A stretch of DNA of 64,000 nt from Octopus sinensis (lineage: Eukaryota), in assembly GCF_006345805.1 (NCBI RefSeq), contig NC_043012.1:49662001-49726000 (forward strand), in the 5' to 3' direction. The notes beneath the pieces are model-generated. The model did not search any database. It was not told the origin of the DNA and saw only the letters and a program-made list of their open reading frames with translations. Positions within the stretch are counted from its first letter, which is position 1, and every line of letters begins with the position of its first letter. Shown piece after piece: positions 26,784 to 39,575 of the stretch. Both the position numbers and the translations under genes were made by a program.

Positions 26784-26821
26784 TTATTTTTATTATTATT
26801 ATTATTATCATTATTATTATT
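26548..26821. repeat. Palindromic compound microsatellite (AAT)n(GAT)7 ... (CAT)7(TAT)n
   Basis: (GAT)7 at 26641-26661, (CAT)7 at 26710-26730, with ~90-bp AAT and TAT arms. Confidence 0.9.
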
Positions 26822-27118
26822 GAGTGAGAGAGCAGTGCATGCCATCAAAGTGACACTGGGTTAAAATATACGAAGCCCAGTAAACCCATCATGACTACCC
26901 GTCTGATAAGAGTATACCAGGCACATGCATCACAACCATATTTGCGCGACATGGTGATCTCATATCAAGATAAACAGCACATGACCTTGCAGGTGGGGCC
27001 GAGTCAGAATTTTCTTCTGGTCGAGTAACCCATCCTCCTCAAAAGGTCCCTGAGGTAAATTTCTAAAACCCCAAAGAATTCCTCTCAAAACATGGCTATG
27101 ATGCTCCCCCACTACTTC

Positions 27119-27119
<1 letters not shown>
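26822..27119 (-). mobile_element. Repeat family D, truncated and internally deleted copy
   Basis: Reverse complement of ~10925-11244; (TAT)n on both sides. Confidence 0.75.
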
Positions 27120-27149
<30 letters not shown>

Positions 27150-27182
27150 TATTATTATTATTATTATTACTATTATAACAAT

Positions 27183-28345
27183 CCTTCATGTATTGGCCAA
27201 AAGAAGTGCACTCAATAATGTAGAACGGCACAACACAAAGGACAACAGGAGTTTTTATATATGCTGCGTGTAAAGATTATAAAGCCATAATATTTAACAA
27301 TAACAAAAATGATCAATTCAATTCCCCAATATATGTAACCTCCACTCAGATACAACCAAGTAACTCCACGCCTTCTGGACACCCTGAACGCCAGGGGAAT
27401 TTTGGGCGGGCGTCTCCCTCCCCTCGGTTTCCTCTTGACTACAGGCCCATTCACACGGATCATACTCGCTACATTCGACTATCTTTCAACATAATTACTA
27501 CGGTGCAGCATATCCCTTTCCACTCTCAGTTACCTTTTGAAGAGGAACTTGAAAATGCCGGTGACGGCTTGGCCGAAAAAGAAATTATTTGGCTTCTCTA
27601 TTTACAACCTCTCCTCTACACTACCTGTTTTGGTATAGCCAGCAGGAAAAAAGAAAACTGCCTTCCCTAACCGTCTAAAATAAGGCCTTGGTGTGATCCA
27701 CACGATGGACTCGACTGATAACCGGATCTGTCCTAAACGTGCCCAAAGTTATTCGACAAAACTCCACAAGTCAGCAATGCCAGGACGTTGGACCAGTGAA
27801 TGCAGAACAGTTTCATCGCCCTTCGCACATCTATGTTAATCTGACAGAACTTCCGTGGCTGTAGACTGTATCAGTGTTCCCTGGTAACACTGACAGGCCA
27901 GGAATTTTTGGAAATTACCCACAGTAAGCGACCCGAAAGTCATCTGGAAAAGACAAGATAATTGACATCATAACCCCTCCCCTCGACGCCCAGAGTCGAT
28001 CTTGCCCCTTCCTCGCAATAATCTACTATAGGACTCTAGTTTGGAACACCAACCTACTGTATTGCATGACTGGCAGAAAACTGTGAGCGCTTATCAATAC
28101 TTCAGGCGTGAAGCGCCCTTTAAAGGTCTACGCTCGACTTAAGATGGTATTTTCGTCAATGAGATGTGCTGCAGCAAATCATGATAAGCGGCCACCACAC
28201 CTGCTAACCATCAAGGAAACGTTGGATATTTTTCAGCTTGTCATTCGCCACGGCATGCCCAGTCCACTGCTCTAGGGATCCTCACGGTGAGACACGTCCC
28301 ATTTACAAGGAGCGGAGGTCTACTTACCCACTGAGTCTCGCTGAA
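27183..28345 (-). mobile_element. Decayed L1/Tx1-like LINE, ORF2 C-terminal region and 3' UTR
   Basis: Interrupted minus-strand translation includes ...CAKGDETVLHSLVQRPGIADLWSFVE... (zinc-finger-type ETVLH motif of L1-clade ORF2) and ...ARMIRVNGPVVK; multiple stops and frameshifts. Confidence 0.7.
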
Positions 28346-29042
28346 GATCAGATGGATCAGCATCCATAACTAGTTAGGGTTTCTTTAGAAGAAGGATGCT
28401 TACTCGAGGCTCGTGTGTTAGGGGCTCTCAGGTCGTGAGGGAAGTTCTCGCTAATGTTTTTGTGTCCACTGAGATAATCACACCATCAGTGTTTCTCTCA
28501 CTTGAACGGTCCCGGTGTCAGGGATCTCAACGTCTCTCTCGGTGTCCTTCCTTCATGCTTTGAGGATCATCAATTATTTGTTGGCCCTCTTCACTAGCAG
28601 GAAGATGTGTGCTTATACGGTTGTTTGTTGTTGTTAGGAGTGTTTTATGTTCGTGGGTTGTTGCAGTTGTGGTATTGTTGGTTGAGCTGGTTGTGCTAGC
28701 TGCAGATGTGTTGACGATTGTGCTGCTGGAGGGGTTGGTAATTATGTAGGTGTGTCTGTGGACATTGTGGTAGTGTTTTCTATGTATTTTGGTGTGTGTG
28801 TTGACGTGCAGCATAATGTTTAATTGTGAGTCATCTTTGATTTTGTGTTATTTTGATTTTGATTTTTGGGGTCTCACTCATTTTCACTGCGTGACTCATA
28901 TGTATTCGTATCTGTGAAATCATTGTGCGAGCCTATGTACACAGACATGAAATAAGTAAATAGATACCCCCATAATCTTTAAAATTTATTTAAATCTGAA
29001 ATTATACATTCAAATTATTTATTATTATTATAACAAGAATAT

Positions 29043-29720
29043 CTAATATTTAGTAGACATGCCCTTTGCTTTTTTCACTGCAAGGATCCTAATAGGCATG
29101 ATACTGCTCAGATGACGAATATTCTCTTGAGAATTTCTTACCAAGTTTCATGCAGTAATCTCAAGAGATCTATCTTTGAGAATGTCTTCTTGTTCGTTTT
29201 ATGAAGTGTTCTGTCCATTATGCTGCAGAGGTGTTCAATAGTGTTCATATCTGGTGCCTAGCTTAGCCATGAAAGCTTTTTAATGCCATTCTCTTCCAAT
29301 CAATTTTGGGTCATTTTAGCCGTGTGACAAGGAGCTCCATCTTCCATAAAATAAAGAATGGGAAAATGTCCTTTCTGTAATGAAGACACATTTACCTGAG
29401 CTTATGTTTCCTTTACACTCCACCAGATCTGTTCAAACATCGCTCCAAATTTCTCCCTAGACCATCACAGAATAGCGGCGGTGTTTCGTTGTTGACTGCG
29501 ATATTTTCTCGTCAAATTCTTGATCACAGACTCTCCAGACCCACGCTCGAATGCTGTCAGAAAATACAGCAAATCTAGACTGATAAGAAAATATGACAAT
29601 GTCTCAAAATGCTAGTGGCTTTTCCACCTTCTCACTCGCCCAATCTTTTCTCCGTTTAATATCGTCTGGTCAAAGAAGTGGCTTCAGTCTCTCTGCTCTA
29701 CCACAGTAGGCAAGTTAGCG
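29043..29720 (-). mobile_element. Tc1-family transposase remnant (DD34E)
   Basis: Minus strand: F*DIVIFSYQSRF, FMEDGAPCHTAKMTQN*LEENG, APDMNTIEHL, ...AKGMSTKY*. D codon 29339-29341 and E codon 29234-29236 are 35 codons apart. Multiple stops; TIR pair not found. Confidence 0.85.
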
Positions 29721-30149
29721 GAGATACTTCTCGATAGAAGTCGGAGGATTCTGCCATGGACTGCAACTCACTATCAAAGCTACCTTTTAATTTGTCCTCC
29801 TTATAACTTACCAGGGTTGATGTCACTATGATGGTTTTCAAAATTATTTTTGTCCAAAACAAAACGAACATTTTATTTTCGGCTTTGAGCGACAAAAGTG
29901 GCAAAAATGGACCTACCAACCAGATGTATGCAATGGAAGTGCTTTCTACATTTTGTAACAAAATAAACAATTAACAACTTTTGGAGTTATAGATCAAAAG
30001 GTAAGACTTACGAGCGTGAAACACTAATAATAATAATCTTATCTATCATAGGCACATGGCCTGAAATTTGGGGGAGGATCGAGTCGATTAAATCGAACTC
30101 AGTGATCCACTGGTACTCAATTTATCGATCCCGAAAAGATGAAATATAA

Positions 30150-30370
30150 TAATAACGGCTTCAAATTTGGCTGCAAGGTCAGCCATTTTGAGTGAGGGAA
30201 CGATTCGATTTCATCGACCCCAGCGTTCAACTGGTATTTGTTTTATCGACTCCGAAAACATGAAAGACAAAGACGACCCCGACAGAATTTGAACTCAGAA
30301 CGTAGCGGCAGACGAAATACGGTTACGCGTTTCGCCCGGCGTGCTAATGTTTCTGTCAACTCGCCGCCTT
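30150..30370 (-). mobile_element. SINE family A-related copy
   Basis: Head ends ...CTCGCCGCCTT on the plus strand; older-type tail. Confidence 0.75.
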
Positions 30371-30392
30371 TAATATAATAATAATAATAGTA

Positions 30393-30452
<60 letters not shown>

Positions 30453-30456
<4 letters not shown>

Positions 30457-30597
30457 CATCGAAAAATACCTTAGGAATGAGAACCCAGGTTCGAAATTTC
30501 CTCAAGACACCTGATGAAGGCTGGAGGGTATATCAGCCGTAACGTTGTGTCAACAACAAACAAGATGAGAACAAATATCCGTCAAATGTATAATGTA

Positions 30598-30600
<3 letters not shown>
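30453..30600 (+). mobile_element. HHR-bearing short element (family H), headless copy within (AAT)n
   Basis: Homologous to 51826-51970 and to the reverse complements of 51548-51690 and 63772-63966. Confidence 0.85.
30506..30551 (+). ncRNA. Minimal type I hammerhead (A13>U lesion)
   Basis: GACAC-CUGAUGA-A-GGCUG-GAGGGUAUAU-CAGCC-GUAA-CGUU-GUGUC: perfect 5-bp stems I and II and ACGU palindrome. Confidence 0.7.
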
Positions 30601-30659
<59 letters not shown>

Positions 30660-30669
30660 TAATAATAAT

Positions 30670-30955
30670 GGCTTCCAATTTTGCCACAAGGGCAGCAATT
30701 TTGGGACAGGGAATGAATCAGTTACATCGACCGCAGTACTGGTGCTTTATTTATCAACCACTGGTCGATATATTAAGTACCACTGGCACTTAATTTATCG
30801 ACTGGTACTTCATTTATCACTAATACTTAATTTATCGACCACGAAAGGATGAAAGGCAAAGTCGACCTCGGAAGAATTTGAAATCAGAACGTAAGAACGG
30901 ACGGAATGCCGTTAAACAGCTCGACCGGCGTGCTAATGATTCTGCCTGCTCGCAA
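30670..30955 (-). mobile_element. Old SINE family A-related copy with internal micro-duplications
   Basis: CTGGTACTTAATTTATCGA-like motif repeated 3-4 times at 30738-30840. Confidence 0.6.
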
Positions 30956-31431
30956 TACAGATAGTACTTGTTGCTCAGAAAAGGTTCAAAGTATGACATT
31001 TGTGGGAAGAAAACTTGTAATTATACTGAAATCTCCAGTGCTTATCTGGTACTTGCTTTTTCGACACCAAATGATAAAATACACTTTCACCCTCAGTGGA
31101 ATTCGAACTCAGACTGACGAAATTCTCCCTACTCGCAATAATACTAATACTCATTGCATCGAAAAGGTTCAACATGTGACATTTGTAGTGTGGAAAAACC
31201 GGTAATTACATTGACTTAATTGGTCTTATTTTATCGAGTAAGGACGAACCATAGGCAATGCTGACACCACGGTGATTTGAACTCTGAACATAAAGAGCGG
31301 CAAATAAATACCGATAGGCTAACAATGTTCTTAATCCACCACACGAAGGAACTAAGAGTATTAAAATATTAACAACAATACCATCACCTCCTCCATAAAA
31401 AAGCAACATCGCTAATACAACAACAACAACA

Positions 31432-31462
<31 letters not shown>

Positions 31463-31489
31463 ACAACAACAACAACATCAACGACAACC

Positions 31490-31538
<49 letters not shown>

Positions 31539-32133
31539 TAATAATAATAATAAAACAATCATAAAACATAACAATGATAGCAATAATGCTATGTTGTAAA
31601 GATAGGAACGAAATTCTGGTAATCAACTTTGCGACATAGAATCGACATCGTTTCAGGAAGCAAAAATTAAATGGCGAGATTCTACAGAATTGTCTATATG
31701 GATGGAGAGAGAGTGTAAGCCTCGTCTATGAGTTTATTTATTTCTATGAGTTTATTTATTTATATTGCGGTTACATAAAAATAGAAGTTACGATAAGGAA
31801 ATTATTGGTTTTATGGATCATGCAAGAATCTTCCTTATGCAAACTCGCTCATTCCTCCCCTTCTCTCTCTCATTCATTCTCTCTCTCTCTCTGTCTACTG
31901 TTTGTCACTCTCTCACACACTATTCCTCTAATCTATGTAGCTAACTTTTGTTTTCATTTATGTATGCTTCTTACTCTTTTACATACACATTTTCTGAGTG
32001 CGTAAATATATATTAACATAGATGAATCCACTCACACAATCTGAACCAATACACACACATACATACACACACACGCACACACATTCATACGTATATATAT
32101 ATGGACATGTTTATGTGTATGTATGAGTACATA

Positions 32134-32185
<52 letters not shown>

Positions 32186-32554
32186 AATATATATATATAT
32201 ATATACACGTTTGTGTACTGACAAATATGTGTGATATAGGTGTGTAAATACATAGAAAGATATTCATATGCGCATGTCTATGCGCACAGATATAAGCCTA
32301 TCTGCGTGCATTTAGTGTATTTGTCTAAATATATTTCGTTGTGTCTATCAACATAACTAGCTAGTATATGTGAATAACAATTCTCAAACAAGTATTCACA
32401 TATCGAATTGTTTATATACACGAATATCCATTTTATACTTGAGTTTCTTATGTGTAAGTTCTCCTATACCACCTTGCCAATATTTATACAAATACACTCA
32501 GAAAATTATGGCCACGCCAGTCTGTATGAGAGCGGGTGCGTGTATGTGATTTTG

Positions 32555-32590
<36 letters not shown>

Positions 32591-32887
32591 TTTAATGCAT
32601 ATACGCATACGTATATTTCACATATCTGCATGGAAATATATGTATGTCTACGTCTATACATTCTATTTTTATAGATAATTATACGCACGCAGACACACGC
32701 ACACAAACATATCCATATGTGTAAATCTATACATATATAAGTAGAAATATATATAAATATGTACGTGTATATGTGTATATGTATATTTACGTACGTATGC
32801 GTGTGTGTGTGTGTGTGTGTTTGTGCGTGTATTGTCTGTTTCAAACTATATATATGTACATGTATATATATGTAGATACATACATTC

Positions 32888-32974
<87 letters not shown>

Positions 32975-34475
32975 ATATATACACTCACAGTCATATATGT
33001 GTGTGTGTGGGTGTGAATATATGTTTCTAAGTCCTTGTCTACTGGCTTTGCTTTAAGAAGCAATATCAACAGTTTGCTTGTTCAAAAGATGGCAAAACGA
33101 GATATGTAAATACATTAAAAATGTCTATTTAACCAGAGACATAAAAGTGTCGTAAAATGTAGTTTGTTTTAATAGAAGAGCTACTTTGTTTCTGGAAGTA
33201 TGTGCTTTTACGAGTGATAAATACAAGGTATTAACGAATGACTCACGAAGCTGAAGACGACAAAAGAACGAAGTAATGTACTTAGAAAAGGGAGAGAACG
33301 AAGAAGTCGAAATGTAAATCGGTTAAGGAAGATTACATGAAATTATAATACTAGCAATTGAATTACATTAAATTTTATTTGACTACTAGGAAGAAAGCCA
33401 AAATTCACATGGAATGTGTATAGTCGATTAAACTGATAGTACATTACTGGTATTTATTTAATATATTTATAGGGAGAAGGAACATGGAAAAGACATGATC
33501 CCTCATTGGATGTTTGAAAACATGCTGTGTTGGAAAAAGATTTTGCTATGATATGTTTGTAAAGATATGGGAAACCATAATGTTTTGAAACAGCAAGAAA
33601 CTGTTGAATTGCAAATGTTAGTTTCAAAGTACAAAAAAAAAAGATGACAACTTTTCTTGGGAAAATCTAATTGTGAAGGCGATAAAGATGGCCCCGTTTT
33701 ATTGCCGACACTTAATTTTAATGATCTAACATACCTAAATGTGAACTAAATAGAAACAGAAAAGGAACCAAATTCTAGGGTCCTTTATAATAAAAATATT
33801 GTAGTGGTTCTTTTACATCTTGTGACAATTATTTACTCAAGACAGACATAAAAACAAACTGATATATTCAGGTTGTACGTTGACACACTATCTAGTAATG
33901 AATGAAATATTTTCTTCTACAGGCGTTTCAAGTTAGTTTTATCTCTTTATAATTCTTACCTGCTTAACTGTAGCATTACAAAGTACAATGAGGTTAAATC
34001 TTCCCTAAAGAACTCAAACTATTATTACTATAGAAACAGTGCTACCGTTATATCTGCTACATCATTGTCACATCTGCTGTCACATTACTCTTGGCTTGAA
34101 TACATTAGTATTGCTTTCCATGGCCAACGTAACATATGGTTATCGGTCTTCATAGATAGGTAGGTATCCCGAATGTTAATTCGCTAATATAAAGAGATGA
34201 GAGAAGAGGATAAAGGCAATACTTCACAGCTGTTTCTGACGTTGGGTGATCGGCATTTGTAGTAGCATACATTGTCCGTAGTAAAACGGTGTTAGCAAAT
34301 GTATGAGGAAAAATAAACACATTTTTCGTTAGAGCGTCGCCCAAGCTATCATCAAAAGGATGACTGGGAAAATGAAGTCATTAGAGAATGTATTTACTAG
34401 CAATATCCATCAGGGTACTATTGTGATTGAATGGCGAGGATTTATATTAGGTTATCCTGTGTGCGTGCGCTTGTT

Positions 34476-34547
<72 letters not shown>

Positions 34548-34605
34548 TATATATATATATATATGTATGTATACATACATACACATATATACAAACATAT
34601 ATATA

Positions 34606-34908
34606 GTGTTTAGGGTATTTGGCTCACTATCTGTAGGTCGGGAGTTCGATTCCGGGTGACGCGTTGTGTCCTTGAGCAAGACACTATATTCCTCGTTGCT
34701 CCACTCCGCTCAGCTAGCAAATATGAGTTGTACCAGTATTCCAAAGGGCCAGATTTGTCACACTTTGTGAGAATTAAGATTAGGGTACACGTGTCTGTGG
34801 AGTGCTCAGCCACTTGCACATTAATTTCGCGATTAGGCTGTTCCGTTGATCAAATAAACTTGTGGCAATCTGTCAGTAACCCTTGTTACGGACAACGTGC
34901 TACAAGAA
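34606..34908 (+). mobile_element. SINE family C
   Basis: B box GGGAGTTCGATTCC followed by the GTTGTGTCCTTGAGCAAGACACT...CTCAGCT central domain; homologous to 20596-20884. Confidence 0.85.
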
Positions 34909-34923
34909 TGAATATATATATAT

Positions 34924-34954
<31 letters not shown>

Positions 34955-35429
34955 CCATACAGGATGTGGCTTCATAGAAAACCCTGCAGGATGAAAAGTA
35001 AGCCTGTCAAAGGGCAGACGAACTGAGTAGTGTCAAATCCCATTCAGTTGCTTCGAGTATGAATCTACTAGACTTTGCTTATAAACCTCGCTTCTTATGT
35101 AAAACTTATATAAAGCATTCGACCTTCTTAAGGCAGAATACATACGTTATTTCGGGAATGGGTTTGGCCCTCTGCATGGATTTCCTTCTCTTTAAAATGC
35201 TCCAAGTACGGGTTCCACCTCTTTTTAGCATTTCTTCTAGCATCCCTATTTTAACCTATTCCGGGTGGCTATACACCAAAAGGCAAACACCTCAATGGAA
35301 AAATTCCATGACATGAAAGCATGTGAATGAGTTGATGGTAAGCACGCTGAACGTCTGCCGTTGTAATTTACGCATTGTTTTCGTATATGTGCAGATGACT
35401 GATGGTTGGTAAAACTTTTACTATTTACT

Positions 35430-35639
35430 CGCAGACATGCTGGTACACTGTCTTGAAGAATTCAAGTCAAACAAATCGACCCCAGGACACTTTTTTGAAA
35501 GTGTGGGACTTATTCCATCGACCTCTGTTGCCAAACTGCTATGTGACGGATATAAATCACAACAACACGAGTTTTTCAAGTGCTGATTGGGGACATAGAC
35601 ACACACAAAGTCTCTCTCCACACAGACACACACACATGC

Positions 35640-35678
<39 letters not shown>

Positions 35679-35760
35679 ATACATACATATATAGATACAG
35701 TCTGTCGTATAGATACATATAAGTACGACAGATTTCTTTCAGATTCCATCTACCAAAGCG
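35430..35760 (-). mobile_element. Old SINE family B-related copy
   Basis: Degenerate reverse complement of the family B body (AAATCGACCCCAGGAC..., TTTCTTTCAG..CCATCTACCAAA). Confidence 0.6.
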
Positions 35761-35835
35761 TTCTTTGTTCTCTTTAGACATATATCACCATTGAAGGAAA
35801 CTCTATGAATTGTTATCAGTACATTTTTTCCATAT

Positions 35836-36240
35836 AGGCGTAGGAGTGGCTGTGTGGTAAGTAGCTTGTTTACCATCAACATGGTTCCGGGTTCAGTCCC
35901 ACTGCCTGGCACCTTGGGCAAGTGTCTTCTACTGTAGCATCAGGTCGACCAAAGCCTTGTGAGTGGATTTGGTAGACGGAAACTCAAAGAAACTCGTCGT
36001 ATATATGTATATGTGTATGTGTGTATATATGTTTGTGTCTGTGTTTGTTCTCTCAACATCGCTTGACAACCGATGCTGGTCTGTTTACGTCGCCGTAACT
36101 TAGCGGTTCCGCAAAAGAGACCGATATAATAAGTACTAGACTTACAAAGAATAAGTCATGGGGTCGATTTGCTCGACTAAAGGCGATGCTCTAGCATGGC
36201 CACAGTCAAATGACTGAAACAAGTTAAAGAGTAAAGAGTA
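35836..36240 (+). mobile_element. SINE family B, full length
   Basis: Head AGGCGTAGGAGTGGCTGTGTGG through tail AAAGAGTAAAGAGTA. Confidence 0.9.
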
Positions 36241-37675
36241 TATCAACACATATAACACAGAAACGGTGAAGAGTTTTGATCTCAGAACTTAAGCAATAAC
36301 TGTATGCTTTATTCCACTCTGCTTCCCTTGAGTTTGTTTCTAATAAGCAAATTTTCGTTTCGTCAAGATATAGTTACTGGTGTGAAAATGTTCAGTCCCG
36401 CCTGCTGTCATGGAAACTTAATAGCAAAGTGGATGAAAGCATAGTTAATCTAGGGAAATCAAGAAATTTCAGTAAATTAAAGTTTACACCTTTAGTGACG
36501 GGAACAATCGTTATTTAAATTATTATTTCTGTTAAAAATGCAAGTGAGGGCACTTGCCCGAATTTTAATTTAGTTTAATTAAATATGGAATGCAAGGAAG
36601 AGTCATTAAGACTTAAATTGGTCTTCAGTTGTTACAGTACTTCTAAAGACCAGACTCACTACCCTCTGCATTCCATATTTAATTAATTTTCATTAATTCC
36701 GTACTCAATTAATTTTAATTAAGTCTTTAGAGTTGTCTCCCCTGTCTTTTGGACTAGGATTATTGATTTATATAATGAATATTCTCATCACTAATATTAA
36801 TTAATAGAAGTTTTGGAATTACTAATCATGTATCCAAGGCGTAGTGGTTCTGAAACAGACTAATACTAGGCCCACCCAAAACATTGATGACAATTCTTGC
36901 CCTCCACCACTCATTATTTATGAGAATACACCGTAGAGTTTTCATCTATTTAATTCTTATGCCTTCACCATGGAGCTGGACAATTTTAAACAACTTTAAA
37001 TTTATTCACCAATGGCATTTTGTCCGCCTCTTTGCAATCAGCACAGGCTCCACCTTTTTGAAAATTACCGTTCTAGCACCTGTTTTATGATTGTCAGTTA
37101 AATTAAGAGTGTAATGTGCCACAGGAAAGTATGATTTTCGCAGTCCATTCTATATAGATCCATGTGTAAGCCTTCATCTAGACTTCCTCGCATACATGTG
37201 TCAATCAACGACGAAATGTGAGAACAATATAGCAAAGTCTTACGCTGTCACCGTCGCTGCTCAACGAAAGAACAGCTAAAAAATGTGCTGTATAGATATC
37301 ATTGCAAGACATGATTTTACCATGTTTTACCATTTGATGAGTATTTATCTAAGACAAATTTTACGATGTGAAATATTAGTATTATATTTTTAACATTATT
37401 ATATTTAGAAGTAATTCCAAGATAGGCTATGAGTTCTATTTACCAAACAGCAACGTTTTATTTGTCTCATTGTCCTTACGTAAATTACAATTTGATCAGT
37501 TCGATATATTAAACAGAGCAGTCGCTAATAAATATAACCAATTGCACTCGAGAGTATACTGTGTAGAAGATTTCGCTTTTTTTAAAATCTAATTACACTT
37601 ACTTGGAAATAAAAGGTCTCTTTTTGATTTTTGAATAAAGCTTGTACTATGTACCTTTTCGTCTTTCTTCACAAC

Positions 37676-37808
37676 CAGGTTCAGTCCCACTGCGTTGTAA
37701 CTTAAGCGAGTGTTTTCTACTGTAGTCTGCGGCCGATCAAAGCCTTGTGAGTGGATTTGGTAGTCGGAAACTGAAATAATCCCGTCGTATTTATATATAT
37801 ATATATAT

Positions 37809-37840
<32 letters not shown>

Positions 37841-37872
37841 ATATATGTATATATATATGTATGTATGTGTGT

Positions 37873-37911
<39 letters not shown>

Positions 37912-38101
37912 AGTGTTTGTCTCCCAACCATCGCTTGACAAAGGATGCTGGTATGTTTACGACCCCGTAAATTAGCAGTTCGGCAAAAGAGACCGAAAGA
38001 ATAAGTACTAGGCTTACAAAGAATAAGTCCTGGGGTCAATTTGCTCGACGAAAAAGCGATGCACCAGTATGGCCGCAATCAAATGACTGAAACAAGTAAA
38101 A
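37676..38101 (+). mobile_element. SINE family B, 5'-truncated, with expanded internal microsatellite
   Basis: Starts at the B box; ~120-bp AT/GT tract inside. Confidence 0.85.
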
Positions 38102-38162
38102 TAATTCATGAATGAGGGCATATGCATACATACGTACATACATATATCTTTGTGTGTGTGTG

Positions 38163-38215
<53 letters not shown>

Positions 38216-38598
38216 CAAGAACTAAACGCTCCTTTCTCTTAATACATGAACATTATTATGGAAATTCACACTATACTGGCCGTATGTGTATAAGGGAGTT
38301 TGTATGGTTGTGATGAAATTCCCAATCAGTGTGTCTCTGGAGGCATGTTGAATCAGATATTTCATCAACACCAAAGTTTAACATATTCATATTCACATCA
38401 ATAGCAAGCTTTGAAGTGAAATAGAATGTCGGAAGTGAACACAACAGCGACATGATCATCAATATCATCACCAGCCACGTCATTGCCACCACCACTAACG
38501 TCATCATCGTGGTTGTCATCGTCATAATCATCGTAGTCGTCGCAGTTGTGGGCGGCGGCAGCGGCGGCAGTGGTGGTGATGATGGTAGTAGTGGTAGT

Positions 38599-38623
38599 CA
38601 TCATCATCATCATCATCATCGTT

Positions 38624-38658
<35 letters not shown>

Positions 38659-38713
38659 CATCATCTTCATCATCATCTTCATCATCATCTTCATCCTCAT
38701 CATCATCGTTATC

Positions 38714-38798
<85 letters not shown>

Positions 38799-38858
38799 CT
38801 ATCATCATCATAAATTCCCATCATCTGGAATTAATAGAACAAGGCGTGCCACTGCTCT

Positions 38859-38918
<60 letters not shown>

Positions 38919-38919
38919 A

Positions 38920-38961
<42 letters not shown>
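38599..38961. repeat. Compound (CAT)n, (TAC)n, (AAT)n microsatellite
   Basis: Directly visible; source of the poly-H/M/D/I ORFs. Confidence 0.95.
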
Positions 38962-38962
<1 letters not shown>

Positions 38963-39575
38963 GAGTGCTGCTGCTACAAGCTCATCTGCAGCTACAAAAT
39001 ACAGCTTAGTAGAAGAATTATTTGAGTTTCGGAAATATTCTCTGCTGATTCTTTTGAGATACTACATCTTACATTCAATCACTGATAAGGCCAGGTTTTC
39101 TTTCCATACTTCTGGAGTCAATAATGTGAAGTATACGTTAAATACGTAGGTTCTGGCCATGTGCTGACATACAGAAACATTACAACATTTAATTGACGAG
39201 CGATTTACAGTGTCGGAAAAAATATATTTGCGTTATGTATCGTTTTTAAGTAAAAATTAAAATTAACTCACACACTAGTTCCATACCATTTCATTATTTT
39301 CCCAAGTAGTTATTCAATTGTTTGTTCATTGAGCTGATGGAACAATCAATTGGTTGCTATCTTTCTCTCTCAGCGTCCTCTCATCGCCCTTCTCGTCCTC
39401 CATCAAACGTTTAAATCTTGCCGTGGTCTTTTTTAATTTTCATCGCTCTGGTGTCAAAAAAATAATGTAGAAGTCATATAGAGGGCGACTTGGCAAATTA
39501 CCCGCAACACAGAAAGAAATTGCAGGCCTTACGCCTGTAGGAGAAAGAATAATTATTGTTGCTGTTGTTTTTCTA

